Below, one piece after another: positions 47,601 through 60,367 of a stretch of 64,000 bases of DNA. The stretch comes from Oikopleura dioica (Eukaryota; Animalia; Chordata). The notes beneath the pieces were generated by a model. The model searched no databases and was not told where the DNA came from. It worked only from the letters and a program-made list of their open reading frames with translations. The first letter of the stretch is position 1; every line of letters starts with the position of its first letter. A program made the translations under genes and the position numbers. The stretch covers positions 5,146,001-5,210,000 of the forward strand of contig OU015567.1 of the NCBI GenBank assembly GCA_907165135.1. The letters are read 5' to 3'.

Positions 47601-49440
47601 TTGATGAGTTCTTTCAGCCCGAGACGCTTCAATTCATCGAGGAGAAAAGTGAGGACTTCGTTGGTATTTCTAGCGCGGATCGCATAATGCAAACATGAGA
47701 AATCTTCATTGTCGCGCTCAAGAATGCACTTTGTTAGCCCTTCATCGCCGGTCAAGCCGTCGTACGTGATTCTACCGCTCTTGATCGACGCAAATAGCAC
47801 TTCGAGGAATTGAATGTGGCCGCCAGAAACGGCATGGTGAAACGCAGTCGTTCCATCGTCGTCTTTATGCGACAAATTTGCGCGAAACTCGATGAAGAGA
47901 TTCAACAACTCGTTGTCGCCGTTCTTTGCGATAAAATGAAGCGGCGTGGCATTGGACTTGTCGCAGTCGTCAATGTCCGCTCCTTTCTCTAGCAAAAGCT
48001 TTGCCGCAGCATCGTTGCTCCGGTAAACGGCGTAGTGAAGCGGAGAATCGCCATAAGCATCGTCAGCGCTGACGATTTCCGGGTCAAGGGGAATTCCTTG
48101 CTGAATCAGAAGCTCTAGCGTTTGAAGGAAGCTGTCGGAAGTAATCGCGATTGATTTCGCCCTGTCGCGTGGGTCGGGAACGCCGAGCGGAGTGAGCTGC
48201 TCTTCGAAATCGCCAACTTTGGATTCGATCTGGGCAAATGCTTCTGGACGGTATTTGACCGCCAAATGGATTGGCAAACATCCATCGTCGCCCGAGAGGA
48301 GCAAATCGGCGCCGTTTTCGATCAGTAAACTCGCTGCATCATGCCTTCCATACTTAAAATGACATTTGAAGGAGGAAAAAGGGTAAGGAAATGACTAACC
48401 TTGGCGGCGTAGTGCAGCGGTGCGAGTTTCATCGAATCCAATAAGTTAATATCGCGCTTTAGATATTTTCTTTTTCCACCTCGATATTGATGCTTGAGCT
48501 TTTGCTCAATAATGTGACAGTCGCCGTCACGAGCGGCTTGATGGAAGGTCGTTGACTCGTATTGCTTGCTGAATTCCAGGCTTTCATCACTCGACGGCTC
48601 CTGAAAGCAAAGGTTGAAACAGAAAAGAAAAGATTGAAAGACGTGAAAACCTCAAAGACGTCATCCTCATTTTTAACGTATAAACTGCTCTTGACCACAC
48701 TTGCTGCTTTCCCATCTGGCGATGGCAAAATCTGAGCCATTTTTTGACCACTATTCGAGGTTATTTTCCCATCTGGACTGTTCTCTGTAGAAATCGCTGT
48801 GGAATCAAAAGGGGATGGGTCTGGCTCTTGTGCCACAAAGGATTGAGAAATAATTTATTAAAAGAAAAAGAGCAGATGCGTTTTTAAGAAAATAAGCTCT
48901 AGAAAAACCTCTCTCAATCCCCTTATCAAATACATCTTCTTCTACAGGGTTCTCTGGCGCAACTTGAGCCATTTTTTGCTAATGAAAAATGGCTTTCGTT
49001 ACATAAAAACGAAGGTGCCACGGATCAGCTTTAAAACAGCGAAAGATGTCATAGAACACCAGAACAAAAGGGCGATTGGGGCAGTGTCAAGGGAAATTAT
49101 GACGATCGTCGATGAAAATTTGAATAAATATTTAGGAGGATGTCCGAGAGGGTACCCCTGGCAACTGGAGGAAGGAACAATAGGGGGCAATTGCCAACCA
49201 TGTCATTGTAAAAAACAGTCAAAAACATAATTCTGCTTAGAAATGAAAATTTTTGCTAAATTTTTCAGAAAAACATACCTCAAATTGGTCATTTGTCTTC
49301 GTTGAAGCATTCATAAAAGAAGTCGTCGGGAAAATCCGTCCTTCGGTTTTCGTGAAATCTTCATCTTCCCCATAATCGCCTTCCTCTGAAATTTTCGATA
49401 AAAGATACGATTTATCCCTTGAACGAAAATCCGTCATCAT
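44630..49440 (-). CDS. TRPA1: TRPA1-like ankyrin-repeat cation channel
   Basis: Long ankyrin array (624-aa open exon 46430-48304), LLTHPLV..L..LKW pre-S1 motif, six hydrophobic helices, pore KTVVMMIGEFEY, NILVGLAVDDIKGVQ, and a C-terminal coiled coil ending at 44630. The first exon (49440-49275) is tentative. Confidence 0.92.
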
Positions 49441-50361
49441 TCCCGTAGGAAAAAAAGTTAAGAAACCAACTTAGAATTTTTCATAGAAATGAAAGTCTGT
49501 TTGAACGCACTTTTCTTTTAAAGGACATTCAAATTCGTCCGCGGTTTTGTAAGCCAAGCTTTTATCCCAGCATTGAAATTGACATTTAGTGAGATTTTAT
49601 TATTCAGAATAAGGTAGGACCTGTTTTATATTTGATAAAAACTTCCTATAGAGGGTTTTCCTTTTGAAAAAGGCCGCTTATTAATTTCAAGTATTAGGTA
49701 TTATTTTTTCTGTGGAACAACCCTTTTCTTGAGAATAATTCAAAATGTATTTTTTAAGATTTAAATACCTAAAAGTCTAATTTCTTCTTCCTCTTCCTCC
49801 ATTTCCCTCGATTTTTCTTTCTTTTCTGCTTTTCACGATGGATAACCTTCTGGATAAGTCTCTTTTTATCGCTTCTCAGAAGTGAGGTCCAAGCAAATTC
49901 GATTTCTCGCGCGTTAAATTACTCTCAAATAGCTTGATTTGATGAGCAAAAGGGGGCAAAGGCCAATTGAGTAATGAAAAGGGAAGAGTTCTTCTTTTCA
50001 GATTCAAAAAATGCTCCGGGCAAGCTTTAAAAAAGTCGGTGAGTCGTTAAAAACAGTAAATATTTGGTGCGGTTTTCACACGTAAAATGGTTTGTTCAGC
50101 GTTTATCCATAAATTTCACGAGTAATTTCTAATTTATGATTAAATAATTTTGTAGTCAAGGCATATCACCAGCTCCAATATAAATTCATTTATCGGCGTA
50201 TTATACAGACTAATATCGCTTCAAAGGATGAAAAATTAACGAAGTCCACAAGGAGTCTTGTCGCGTGGAAATGTTCAAATGCTTCATTTATAAATTCTCT
50301 GTGTTATTGAACAATTCTCAATTGAAAAGGCGATTGAAGAAAGATTATTAAGGAAAAGCAA

Positions 50362-50927
50362 ATGCGTTTGACTGGCGTTTTTGTTTTATTTTTGAACGCG
50401 ATTTTGATTGAGAAAAATGATGCTGAAAGTTGTCAAGGATGCTTGAAAGCTGTTCAAAGCTGGTAAGATAGAATAAGAAAACAACTAGTCTGACAAAAGC
50501 TAGGTATTTGGTTCTTTGTATAAACCTGAGTCAGGGTACTTATTCGAGTTTTTAACCCCAACCAGGAGACCTGATCAGAATTTCTGAGAAGGTAAGCTCG
50601 AATCAAATATTCTTGAAAAATATCCTGAGAGAGCCCCGCTCAGCGACCCTGAGTCAGGGTCGAACTCAGGGAGACGGGTGTCTGACAGGTAAGAGTTTCA
50701 TAAAACAAGACTCAGCTAACAGATGCCCCTTCTATTGGATACGGATTGCGGAACCCACTTTTATCCAACAGTGTGTAGTCAGCTCATATTCTGTTTCAGG
50801 TCTTTCTGTAGCTCTCGAAACTACTGTTCAAAAAGAGGCTTCATTGGAGGCCTTCACGCGCGTGGCTACAATCTTCGCGGATATTATTCCTGATTTCAGA
50901 AAACAAGTCCTAACATCGTCAAGATAA
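50362..50927 (+). CDS. Possible small secreted protein (first exon clear, remainder unresolved)
   Basis: MRLTGVFVLFLNAILIEKNDAESCQGCLKAVQS followed by a GTAAG donor at about 50463. The downstream exon frame is ambiguous. Confidence 0.3.
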
Positions 50928-51311
50928 TAAAATATTCAATCAAATAAACATTCAATAATTATTCACTCTCGTGCTTTCTCTTTTATATATACTGTATTTA
51001 AATTGGATAGATGCAGGTTTGGGAATCAGTCACAGAAAAAATGCAGACAATCATCATTTCACAATTTTACAAAATTGAAAGTTGAGCTAGTTCAAGTTCG
51101 CTAAATTTACTACTGGTTTTGGTATGTTCTAGCGCCTTCATGAGCAAAAATCAGAGATCGACAAAATAGAGTTGACAAACAGGTTGCTTTCTTTTTTGAA
51201 AAATATCTTTCTTTATAATTATTTGCTGATTTGAGATTGATGAAGCTTTTTGAATCATTTCAGAACAGAAGAAGAATCTTTAAAAATGGGGAGAAGCGGC
51301 GTTTCGACAAA

Positions 51312-53379
51312 TCACTCGTACTTGGCGAGGATTCCGAGGTGGAACTCGGTGAACAGCTTCGCGAACTTTTCCATCTTCTCCTTTGGCGGCAGAATTGTCG
51401 TTCGGAAATGCCAGCTTCCGGCCTGAAAAGAGGGATTAAAAATTATAGAAGGAAGGGTCAAATGAAAGTTAAATTTCTGCCAAAAAGGGCTCTCTTGGCT
51501 CCAAAACATGTGTAGAAACCTGAGTCAGGGTTTGAAAGGGCTGTTTGGCTTTCCCTTCAAGCTCCTTCCAATCCTGAGTCAGGTTTCCGACCACAAAACA
51601 GTGTCCAGTAGACAGAAAACTAACAGTCAGGGACCCTGACTGAGGGTTAGAGCAGGTAGACCTGTTTCCTGTCTGTTTCTTAGACCAGTTACTTTACCTT
51701 TTGTCGGAAACCAGAGCCCGCAACGACGCAAATGCCAGTCTGCTCAAGCAAAAGCGTACAGTAGTACGCGTCTGGGACAAGACCCTTTTGGCCTGCTTCT
51801 TTGATGAACTTTTCTGGAAGTTTGATATTTGGGAAAGCATACATGGCGCCCTAAAGAACCGTCAAAATGCTGAACAGAAGGAGATGAAGTTTACTGACCT
51901 GTACAGGTTGGCAGCTAATTCCTTCAATAGCGTTAAAAGTATCGGCAACAAGTTTGGCTTTGTATTTCAAATCGGCGAGGACTTTTGTTCTTTCTTGGAT
52001 GTACAGCTCGTAGGAGTCGTCGCCCGGAACTGGAGGGTTGACGACGACGTCCATGGCAGCCTGGCCAGGTACTGGAGGGCAGAGGCGGGAAGAAATAAGC
52101 TAGAAATAGTCAAGAAAATGGGAGACAATTGAGACACTACCTTGACAAGTTGAGCTTTGACATCAGGGTCCATGTTCAAAATCTCCATGTATCCAGATCT
52201 GAAGCCACATTCACCCATGTAACCCTTTGAAGTAGAGTGGAAAGAAGCCAATTCAACTTCGGAAGCGTACGGTTCGCCCATTTCCAAGAGAACTTTTCGG
52301 AATGAATGGAACTTTGCTCCTTCCGCGTACACATTATCCTAAACAGGGGTAAAAGGGAGGAGCCCAAAGGTTGATATTTACCTGGTAGACTTCATCGGCG
52401 AGGACGAACAAGCCGCGGGAGTAGGCAAAGTTGAGGACTTTTTTGATATTTTCATAGGAGGCGACTTGGCCAGTTGGGTTGCCGGGATTGATGATACAGA
52501 TGGCTTTGGGCTTCACATCAGACTCGCTGTAAGCTCTAGAAAAGGAGTAGAGTAGGAAGAAGAGTGGCGGCTTACCGCTCAAGCTCTTCAAGATCAAGAG
52601 ACCAGTTCGTCTCTTCGTTTAAATAATACGGAACAACAGTTGCATTAAACTCGGCGAGGCAGGCGGAGTAAAGTGGATATTGAGGAATCGGAATCATAAT
52701 TCCATCTTGTGGTCCATTGACAAGCATCTTCAAAAGCGTCGTGATTGAGCCAGAAGCGCCGGTAGAAAGGACGATGTTTTCAGGGTCGACGTTGCCGATT
52801 CCGTCGCGTTTTTCGATGTATTTCGCGACGTCTTCGCGAATGACTGGAACTCCAGCTGAGTTGGAATATGCACCGACTGAGCCTCCGCCGCAGCTTCCGA
52901 GAATTCGCCTTGCTGCAGAAAGGATTTAGCGATAAAAACAACAGAAACCTTTACCTTGCTCGGAAGCATCTTTGGGAATGACGCCATTATTATTTTCTCC
53001 GTCCATAAGATCGGGGTAGCAAGTTCCAGTGACTACCTGCCGGAGGTAAGTGATTGGTTTCTGCTGCATGGCGTGCGCATCGCCAATATTGCACTTGATA
53101 ACTTCATCGAAAGGAAACTGAAAGGAATGATTGTCGCTGGAATTCGAGAAACGATCCCTACCTCAGTGGAACCAGCCTTGAGTTGATTTTCGATCTCGCC
53201 AGCGCGGATGACGATTGGCCCTCGAACGGCGTACTGCACAGCTTTGACTCGCTCATTCATTGAGTCGATGGTTAAAACCTTAACCCATCGTCGGCAAAGC
53301 GCCCAAAAATGTGGAATCTTACCTTTGAGCGGGCGGCGGACGCAACCTGCCGTACTTTGCTGGCATTCCGCTGGAGCAT
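51312..53379 (-). CDS. GPT2: Alanine aminotransferase with a predicted mitochondrial presequence (GPT2-like)
   Basis: [62 protein letters not shown]-lysine motif [25 protein letters not shown] and HFRTTILP. N-terminus [19 protein letters not shown] is Arg/Ser/Ala-rich with no acidic residues. Confidence 0.92.
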
Positions 53380-53686
53380 TTCTTCCTAAAATAGTATTAA
53401 ACTTCACTGTTGATTAAAAATAAAAATATTGAATTAGGGTACCCTTTTTTAAGGGTTGGGTCGACCTAAGAATCGAGTTCTAGGATGACATAATCACGTG
53501 CAAACGAAAGATTATCGAAATCTTATGCTGCTCGAAAATAGGAGGGGCAGATTTGCGCTTTCATGGTGGTAAACGATCCACATGCAAGGATTTGGGACCA
53601 TAAATCACTGCTTCAAGATTAAAGACGTTTCTGTCTATGAAAAAATCGTTTTCTGACTGACAAATTTTTACTGAGTTTCGGCTGCT

Positions 53687-53830
53687 CGTAAAGTAAGACT
53701 TCAGCTGAAAATCGAGAAGCCGCGATTTCGAGCGGAGAAGGTGAAAAAGCCGCGCTTTGCGCGGCTTAAATTCTTTCCTACTCGAATCCGCAGACGGCTT
53801 CTCGATTTTAAGCTGGTGTCTTACTTTACG
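53687..53830. mobile_element. Short palindromic element upstream of the ALT gene
   Basis: CGTAAAGTAAGACTTCAGCTGAAAATCGAGAAGCCG ... CGGCTTCTCGATTTTAAGCTGGTGTCTTACTTTACG. Confidence 0.65.
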
Positions 53831-55028
53831 AACAGTCGAAATTCTGCGAAAATTTGTCAGTTAGAAAATGATATATAAAATATTAAAAAATTAAGCATGC
53901 AGTATTTTGTCTTTCATTTTATATCTTACATTATCGTGGCCTTTAGGAGCCATTTTTGCTTTATAAAACTTTTATTTTTCAGAGAGTTTCTCTCCAAAAA
54001 GATCTCTTTTTCTCTATCTCGGATTTACCCTGGTAGAGTGAGTCTATCTCAGACGTGTTTTTTCAGAAAAAGATCGGCTTCCTTCTGCGTTTTTTGTTGA
54101 CCCAGACCAAACACATGCTACAAACTGTGGGTTTTGCGGCACATGAGCTACTACTCTTCTCGAAAGAAAGACTACGCCTAGTTGCGTCTCTGAGGACGCA
54201 AAACTCGCGAATCGCGAATCACGTGAAGTGCTTTGTCTGGACTTGACAAAGCTCCAGATCAATAAGTGATACTCATCCAGAATTTGAGGAAACTCAGACT
54301 TTTTCGAAATACATGATGAAAATGGCCTCACAGACTAGTGAATAAACAAAGAGAGAGTTCCATCTCAAGCACAGAAAATTCTTTTAACATTATGTAATTA
54401 ATAAATTCGAGAAGATTTTCGTTTTTCGTAATATTCACATCATAATTTCTTTACTGATTTCTAGCGGGCTCGGCAACCCGTTTCGAAAACCTAAGTCAGA
54501 GTCTGAAGAGCCAAAATGAAAAGCCGCATAGCGGCTTTTCTAAAAATGAGGACGCGAAGCGGCTTCGCATTCTTTCCTTTTTTCTTCAATTTTCAAATTT
54601 TGGAAAAGCCGCTTCTTGAAAATTGAAGAAAAGGAAAATATGCGAATTTGGCTCTTCAGACCCTGACTCAGGTTTTCAGAACAGGTTGCGAAGCCCAGAG
54701 CTCAGATCTCAAGTCAATACACAGTCAAAACTAACCATAAGAAAACAGTAAAAAGAAAGCTCAACCTTCTCTTCCGTGTTACTGTCATCCCTTCTGACTT
54801 TCGTGCAACGACCACAAATGAATATTGATCGGACACGATCACCAATTCATCAACAAGCAATAAAAACAAATTTGCGACTCCAAAAACATGCCAAATGGGA
54901 AAAATAATAAGATTAACGACCGTGTTCTGAAAACAAGGCGCTAAAATTAGGGCGTGGCGAAAATTTTCAACCCCAAAAAAGGTTCAAATAGGGACGATTT
55001 TTTACGATTCAGGAAAAAAAGAATTGAT

Positions 55029-55123
55029 AACCTGAGTCAGGATTCGGACCCTGAGTCAGGATTCAAACCCTGAGTCAGGAATTAGACCCTGAGTCAGAAA
55101 TCAGACCCTGAGTCAGGCTTTCT
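55029..55123. repeat. Five tandem 19-bp units derived from the MITE core
   Basis: (ACCCTGAGTCAGGATTCnn)x5 with variable last bases. Confidence 0.85.
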
Positions 55124-55140
55124 ACACAGGAAACCTAGCC

Positions 55141-55722
55141 CTGGCCAATTTCAATAAGGAATAGAAATCCCAAATCCTAACCCCCCATGTTTTTGTGCTC
55201 GTTAGAAAGAGCGTAAAAAGTTACGTCAGAAAAAAATAGTTTTAGGGGCTGAGTCATCATTAATGACGTCATGGCGGCTGGTTGAAGTTCCAAAAGTCCC
55301 AAACGTTGGGTCCCCTCTCATTTTTTTTCTAGAAATGGAAAATTTGAGTTCAATATATCAAAATGATCGCCTTAACCTATTCTAGGTGAAGAGCTATATG
55401 TGAAAGATCCAACTCTAGAAAAAAAAATTTTTCTTCGATTTTTTCAAAATTTTTTCCGAAAAATATAGCTCTTCACCTAGAGTAGGTCAAGGCGATCATT
55501 TTCCTGTATTTAACTCAAATTTTCCATTTGTGGAAAAAAAATGAGAGGGGACCCAACCTTTGGGCTTTTGGAACTTAAACCAGCCGCAATGACGTCATTT
55601 GTGATGACTCAGCCTCTAGAAATATTTTTTTCTGACGTAACTTTTTACGCTCTTTCCAACGATCATAAATACATGGGAGGTAAGGATTTGGAATTTCTAT
55701 TCCTTATTGAAAATGGCCCCAG
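55141..55722. mobile_element. About 580-bp full-length foldback element
   Basis: The left half (55141 to about 55400) is an imperfect reverse complement of the right half (about 55455 to 55722) throughout, e.g. CTAGGTGAAGAGCTATAT / ATATAGCTCTTCACCTAG. Confidence 0.85.
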
Positions 55723-56258
55723 AATTTAAGTAAAAAGAGTACCTTTGTGAGTTCGTCATTTTGATTAAAATTATTATTCGTTAGTTGTTCCTCTTTTCTT
55801 CCAAAAACTTCCTTGACAGTAGTCAAAAGTCCGACCATTCAAATAAAATTGTCAAAAACTTGGTTTCTCCTCGTTGTTTCTCGCAATTAGTGAGATTCCT
55901 GGTGCAACAATGGGAATTCTTTGCCGCGCCGGCCAATCAAAATCCGGGATTTTCTTCGACAAAGGGAAGATTCTCCGCGATTTCGAGAGGAACTGGACCA
56001 AACTAGTTTTTGAAAGAACTGTAGGTTGAAAGTTGCTTGTAGTTACGTAATTTTGAAGGTTCCAGATGGTTGGCATTTTTGCCTTCTGGTCAAAAAAGGG
56101 ATTATATAATTTTTAACTTGAAAATAGACTCGAATATTCAGAAGAAAATACCCAAGGGTAATTTTAAATCAGAAATTTACGACCTTTAAAAGTCCCATAA
56201 AAAGTTCGTGATGGTGGCGCTCGCGCCGCGCGAGTCGCGCGTAAGTCGATTTTGGGCA

Positions 56259-56459
56259 AATCCCGGCTTTCCAACAAAATGAGCTTTTCCTCGTTGTCTC
56301 CCTTTTTTGCGGAAGCTTATTTGCTTTATGTTGCTAAATACCTTCGGAAAAGCTGGAAAAACTCGGTTTTTCCGATTTTTTTTAGCAGAATAATGCCAAT
56401 ATATGCGAAGACAGGAAGACAACGAGGAAAAGCTCATTTTGTCGGAAAGCCGGGATTTC
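56259..56459. mobile_element. Palindromic MITE-like element
   Basis: AAATCCCGGCTTTCCAACAAAATGAGCTTTTCCTCGTTGTC ... GACAACGAGGAAAAGCTCATTTTGTCGGAAAGCCGGGATTT. Confidence 0.75.
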
Positions 56460-58198
56460 ATTCCGAGTTTTTTTTTTACATTTCAGCAATAATGGTCACT
56501 CATTCCGAAAGAGTTTTAAAGTTTCGTCTGAAGAGTACCTGTTCCTGATCCCAAACTCAAGTCCTTCTTCTCGGAATCTATTCGTAAACACGTGATTCTA
56601 GAGTCTCCACGTGACAATTTCGAGTGCAACGATTTTGAATCTTTAGTTCTTGGAAAGTATCTCTCTCTTAGCTCTGCTAAGGTTTAGGCGAAAAGAAGAA
56701 GGATTTCTTTGGTTTTTCGATTCGAGACATAATTTTTTGAAGGAGCCAGGGGTCGAGAAAGGGCCCATCCTTTTTTGGGGCGTCAGAGAGAGAAAGAGAG
56801 AGAGGGCCAGTTCAAACTGGTCACCTCTGGATGAACTACTTAACGAGCTCAATTTGAGCACAAATTGTAAAGTTGTCGAGACCACCGAGCAAGAGTCAAC
56901 CATGTTTCATTATTTTTGCGAAAAAAAATTCTAGTCGGATTTTTAAAAACGACCATTTTTACACAAAAAAATTGATTGAGCCGAATATTTTGGCTGTGTC
57001 AGAGCCTAAAGGCTGGGCTCGGCAACCTGTGTAGAAAACCTGAGTCAGGGTCTGAGAATCTTCAATGCGGCTTTTTATTCCGAATAAAGCCGCAAAATAA
57101 AGGATTTTCGCGGCTTAAAGTTTTCATCGAAGATTTTTAAGACCCTAACTCAGGTTTTCAACACAGGTTCCCAAGCTCAGCCTTTAGGCCCTGACTCAGG
57201 GTTTAAACACAGGTTTCTGAGTCCTGAATTCCTCGATCTTTTAAGACTTGTGAATTTTATAGCGCTCACCGTTTTGTGACCCATTTCAACCCCAAAGAAT
57301 TTGCCCTTTGGCGATTTTTCCGCTCTCTCTTTTTCGACGATTTATGAAATTGTCAAAAGTAAAACTGATTCCGCTTTGTTTCTTGGCCAGGGTAATCTAT
57401 CTAGCCTCCAATTTCGAGCTAGAGAAAGCCAAGAAAAGCACCCTCCACCTCCTTCTGAGCCAATCACGCGACAATTAATTAACTTGAGTCGACCCTCTGA
57501 TTAAAAATTTTCTACCTGCCACGAGATTTTTTCAAAGCTCTTTTTCTTGTGTATGTTTTCTTTCTTCCTTGATTTCAATTCTCTTCCAAATTGAAGCAAA
57601 AAAGCTTGAATCAAATGGATTTTTGATACAAAAAGGCACTGGAAAACGTAGGTTCTAGATTCTGAGCCAGTTTGCTCCGGTTGCGCCGTGGAGAACGCGC
57701 GGCAAATTCTAGCGCTCAAAAATAGGCGTGGCAAGGCTTTTCCTGGGCATTATTTAATCGAAGGGTGCTTTCTTTCAGAGCTTTTTTAGGGAATTGGGGC
57801 AGTTAAAACTCGTAAAAGATCATGAAAATTATAAAAATGGACAAACAATTTATTGCTTCTCGACTTGGCTCAGCAACCTGTGTAGAAAACCTGAGTCAGG
57901 ATTTGAAAAACTGCTTCGCGAAAACATTTGGCGAAGCGGCAAAATTGGTCTTTCAAATCCTGACTCAGGCTTTTTATACAGGCTGCCGAGCCAAGCATTT
58001 TGATTTCTAGTCAAAAAGTTACCTCAAAAGTCCAATTATATTCAATTCCCATTTTTCGTCTTTTCATCTTGTTTAAGCTCTCTTGTATAAAAATATTTTG
58101 TTTCGCATATCTTGAAATTGGTAAAAATTTTCTGAGTTTCATTTATTTTATTTGTTTTTTCTCAGCAGGAAATAAAAATGAATAGATTTAAGGCTTAT

Positions 58199-59141
58199 TT
58201 AGCAAGTTCCAGGGGCAGAAACAGTTCCATCGCAGCATTGATGTCGTCGTTCGTGGTAGATGAAGTAGGGCCCCGTTTCGAGGCCGCAGCATTTTCGCTC
58301 TCCCTGGCCAGTTCCGGTCTTGACGCATTCGAGTTCACGATCCCAACGGCGCGACCAAATTGAGAACTCGTTGTTGTAAACTTTCATTTTTTCGGAAAGA
58401 GATGAAGAGAAGGCCTTTTCGGGTTTCTGATTTTCGGAAACCATAAGTCTTAAAAAACCAAAAAATTATATATTTTTTCTAAAAATTTTCATTGACCCTA
58501 TTTTATTACGAATGAAAAGATGTCCAGATAAATTTGCTTTTTCCAAAAAGCTACCATTCAAATTAAAGCCCTGAATTTCAAAGACTAGAATTCTTAACCC
58601 TTCCTTGTCGCATTCACAAAGAGCGCGCTCACAAGTCCCTGGAGCATCTGAACATTCGCGGGTCGTTTCGCCTTCGACGTTTCTGTTTGTTATTGAGGTA
58701 GAGTTGTTCCATTCGTACTTGATTATTTCCGGCACACATTCGTCGCCAAATCGATCTCTTGCGCAGCGCTGGCATTCTTTGTATTCCTTGCAGTGGCGAT
58801 CGAGCTGGTCACGTGGTTGGCCGGATCCCATTGTTGATAAGGGTCGATCATCTTAAAAAAATATTTCAAGGGCAAAGAAAATTGAAAAGGCTTAATCGTT
58901 GCGCCTCTATCAAGGGTAGGGTTAAAGTCTCGCCTCTTTTAATCGATTAAAATTCATGTTTTCCCTTTCAAATGTCATATTTATGGTTCTTACTGAAGGT
59001 AAAGCAGTGGCATCCGTATCCCCAGAGCATGTTCAGCTCCAAATTATCATTCGTCGTCATCATTCCCTCCAAATCAACATATCGTCTTGGAGCAATATTG
59101 TTTCCAAAAACGGAAAAATTCAAAAAGCAGAAAAGTTTCAT
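58199..59141 (-). CDS. Secreted phospholipase-A2-like protein lacking the His-Asp dyad, 3 exons
   Basis: MKLFCFLNFSVFG...YGCHCFTF|NDRPLSTMGSGQPRDQLDRHCKEYKECQRC...CERALCECD...CCG...QCC. KEYK stands where xxHD is expected. Confidence 0.8.
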
Positions 59142-59382
59142 CGCTATTCTACCGATTCTTATCGAGTCTGATATTTTTCAAGTTATGAAATCAAAGTGAA
59201 AAGGGTCCTTTTTATATGCAACTTTGTTTAGGATTGCATAAACTTTCTTGAACACTGGTGGATTTTGAAACCGCAAGGGAGCGCCAGCAGCTGTTTGAAT
59301 TTACGCAAAATTTCGTGAGAAAGCGAAATCTGTATTTTTTGTAAGAAGATTTTGCCGGAAGAAAGTTTCATTCGTTGAAAGA

Positions 59383-60253
59383 ATGAAGGTGAGAATTTCA
59401 GAGCAGGAGAATTTCCAACGGTTTTTTTCAGGTCTTCGCTGCAGCTCTCGCCTTCGCCTCCGCGGCCGAAACTGAGGTCACCGTCATCGGCGGCTACACC
59501 CCCGACCCACACTCGCAGCCCTACATCCTCTCCCTCCAGCGATTCGGCTCCCACTTCTGCGGCGCCTCCCTCTACGCTGCCAACCGAGCTGTCTCCGCTT
59601 GCCACTGCACCGTCTACGCTTCCTTCGATGCTGTCGCCGGCGCTCACAACATCCGACAGAACGAGAGCTCCCAGCAGAAGAAGGCCGGTACCTGGATTCG
59701 ACATCCTGGATATAACTCCAACACTCTTGTCAACGATGTCGCCGTTATCTCTTTCGCGTAAGGACTCCTCTCTCTCTCGCCCCCTTTTAACTCCGTGTTG
59801 TAGCGGTTCCTTCACCGTCAACGACTACGTCGTTCCATACGCTCTCCCAGCTTACCAGGACGCTGAATGGATGGCCAACGGTACTGAGGTCCGAGTCTGC
59901 GGCTGGGGCAACACCTCCATGATCGGCACCAACATGCCCGACACCCTCAAGTGCGTCGAAGTCCCAATCGTCGAGAACAGCACCTGCAACGCCCGAAACC
60001 ACTACAACGGTTCCATCCTTCCCGTAAGCAGTCCATCCCTCTTCTTTTTCTCTATCCTTAGGGCATGTTCTGCGCTGGTCTCATCGGCGAGGGAGGCAAG
60101 GACGCCTGCCAGGGTGACTCCGGCGGACCAGTCCTCCTCAACGACGAAATCGTCGGCGCCACCTCCTGGGGAATCGGATGTGCTTACCCCAACTACCCCG
60201 GCGTCTACACCGATGTCGCCATGTTCCGAGACTGGATCGACCAGCAATCTTAA
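59383..60253 (+). CDS. Trypsin-like S1A serine protease, 4 exons
   Basis: Signal peptide, VIGG mature N-terminus, catalytic triad SACHC / NDVAVI / GDSGGP, and S1 Asp (KDACQG). Three short GT-AG introns. Confidence 0.95.
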
Positions 60254-60367
60254 ATTGCTCCTCCTACTCTTCAAATTTGTTCATTTCAAAATTAATAAAA
60301 AAAACGACAAACTCCTCTTTTTTCGGACATTTACTGTATTGCTCTTTGAACTTTCTGGGGTCCAATT

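Noticed and set aside
59228-59821. 197-aa minus-strand ORF (also 59787-60274)
   Set aside because: Antisense shadow of the GC-rich, codon-biased trypsin gene.
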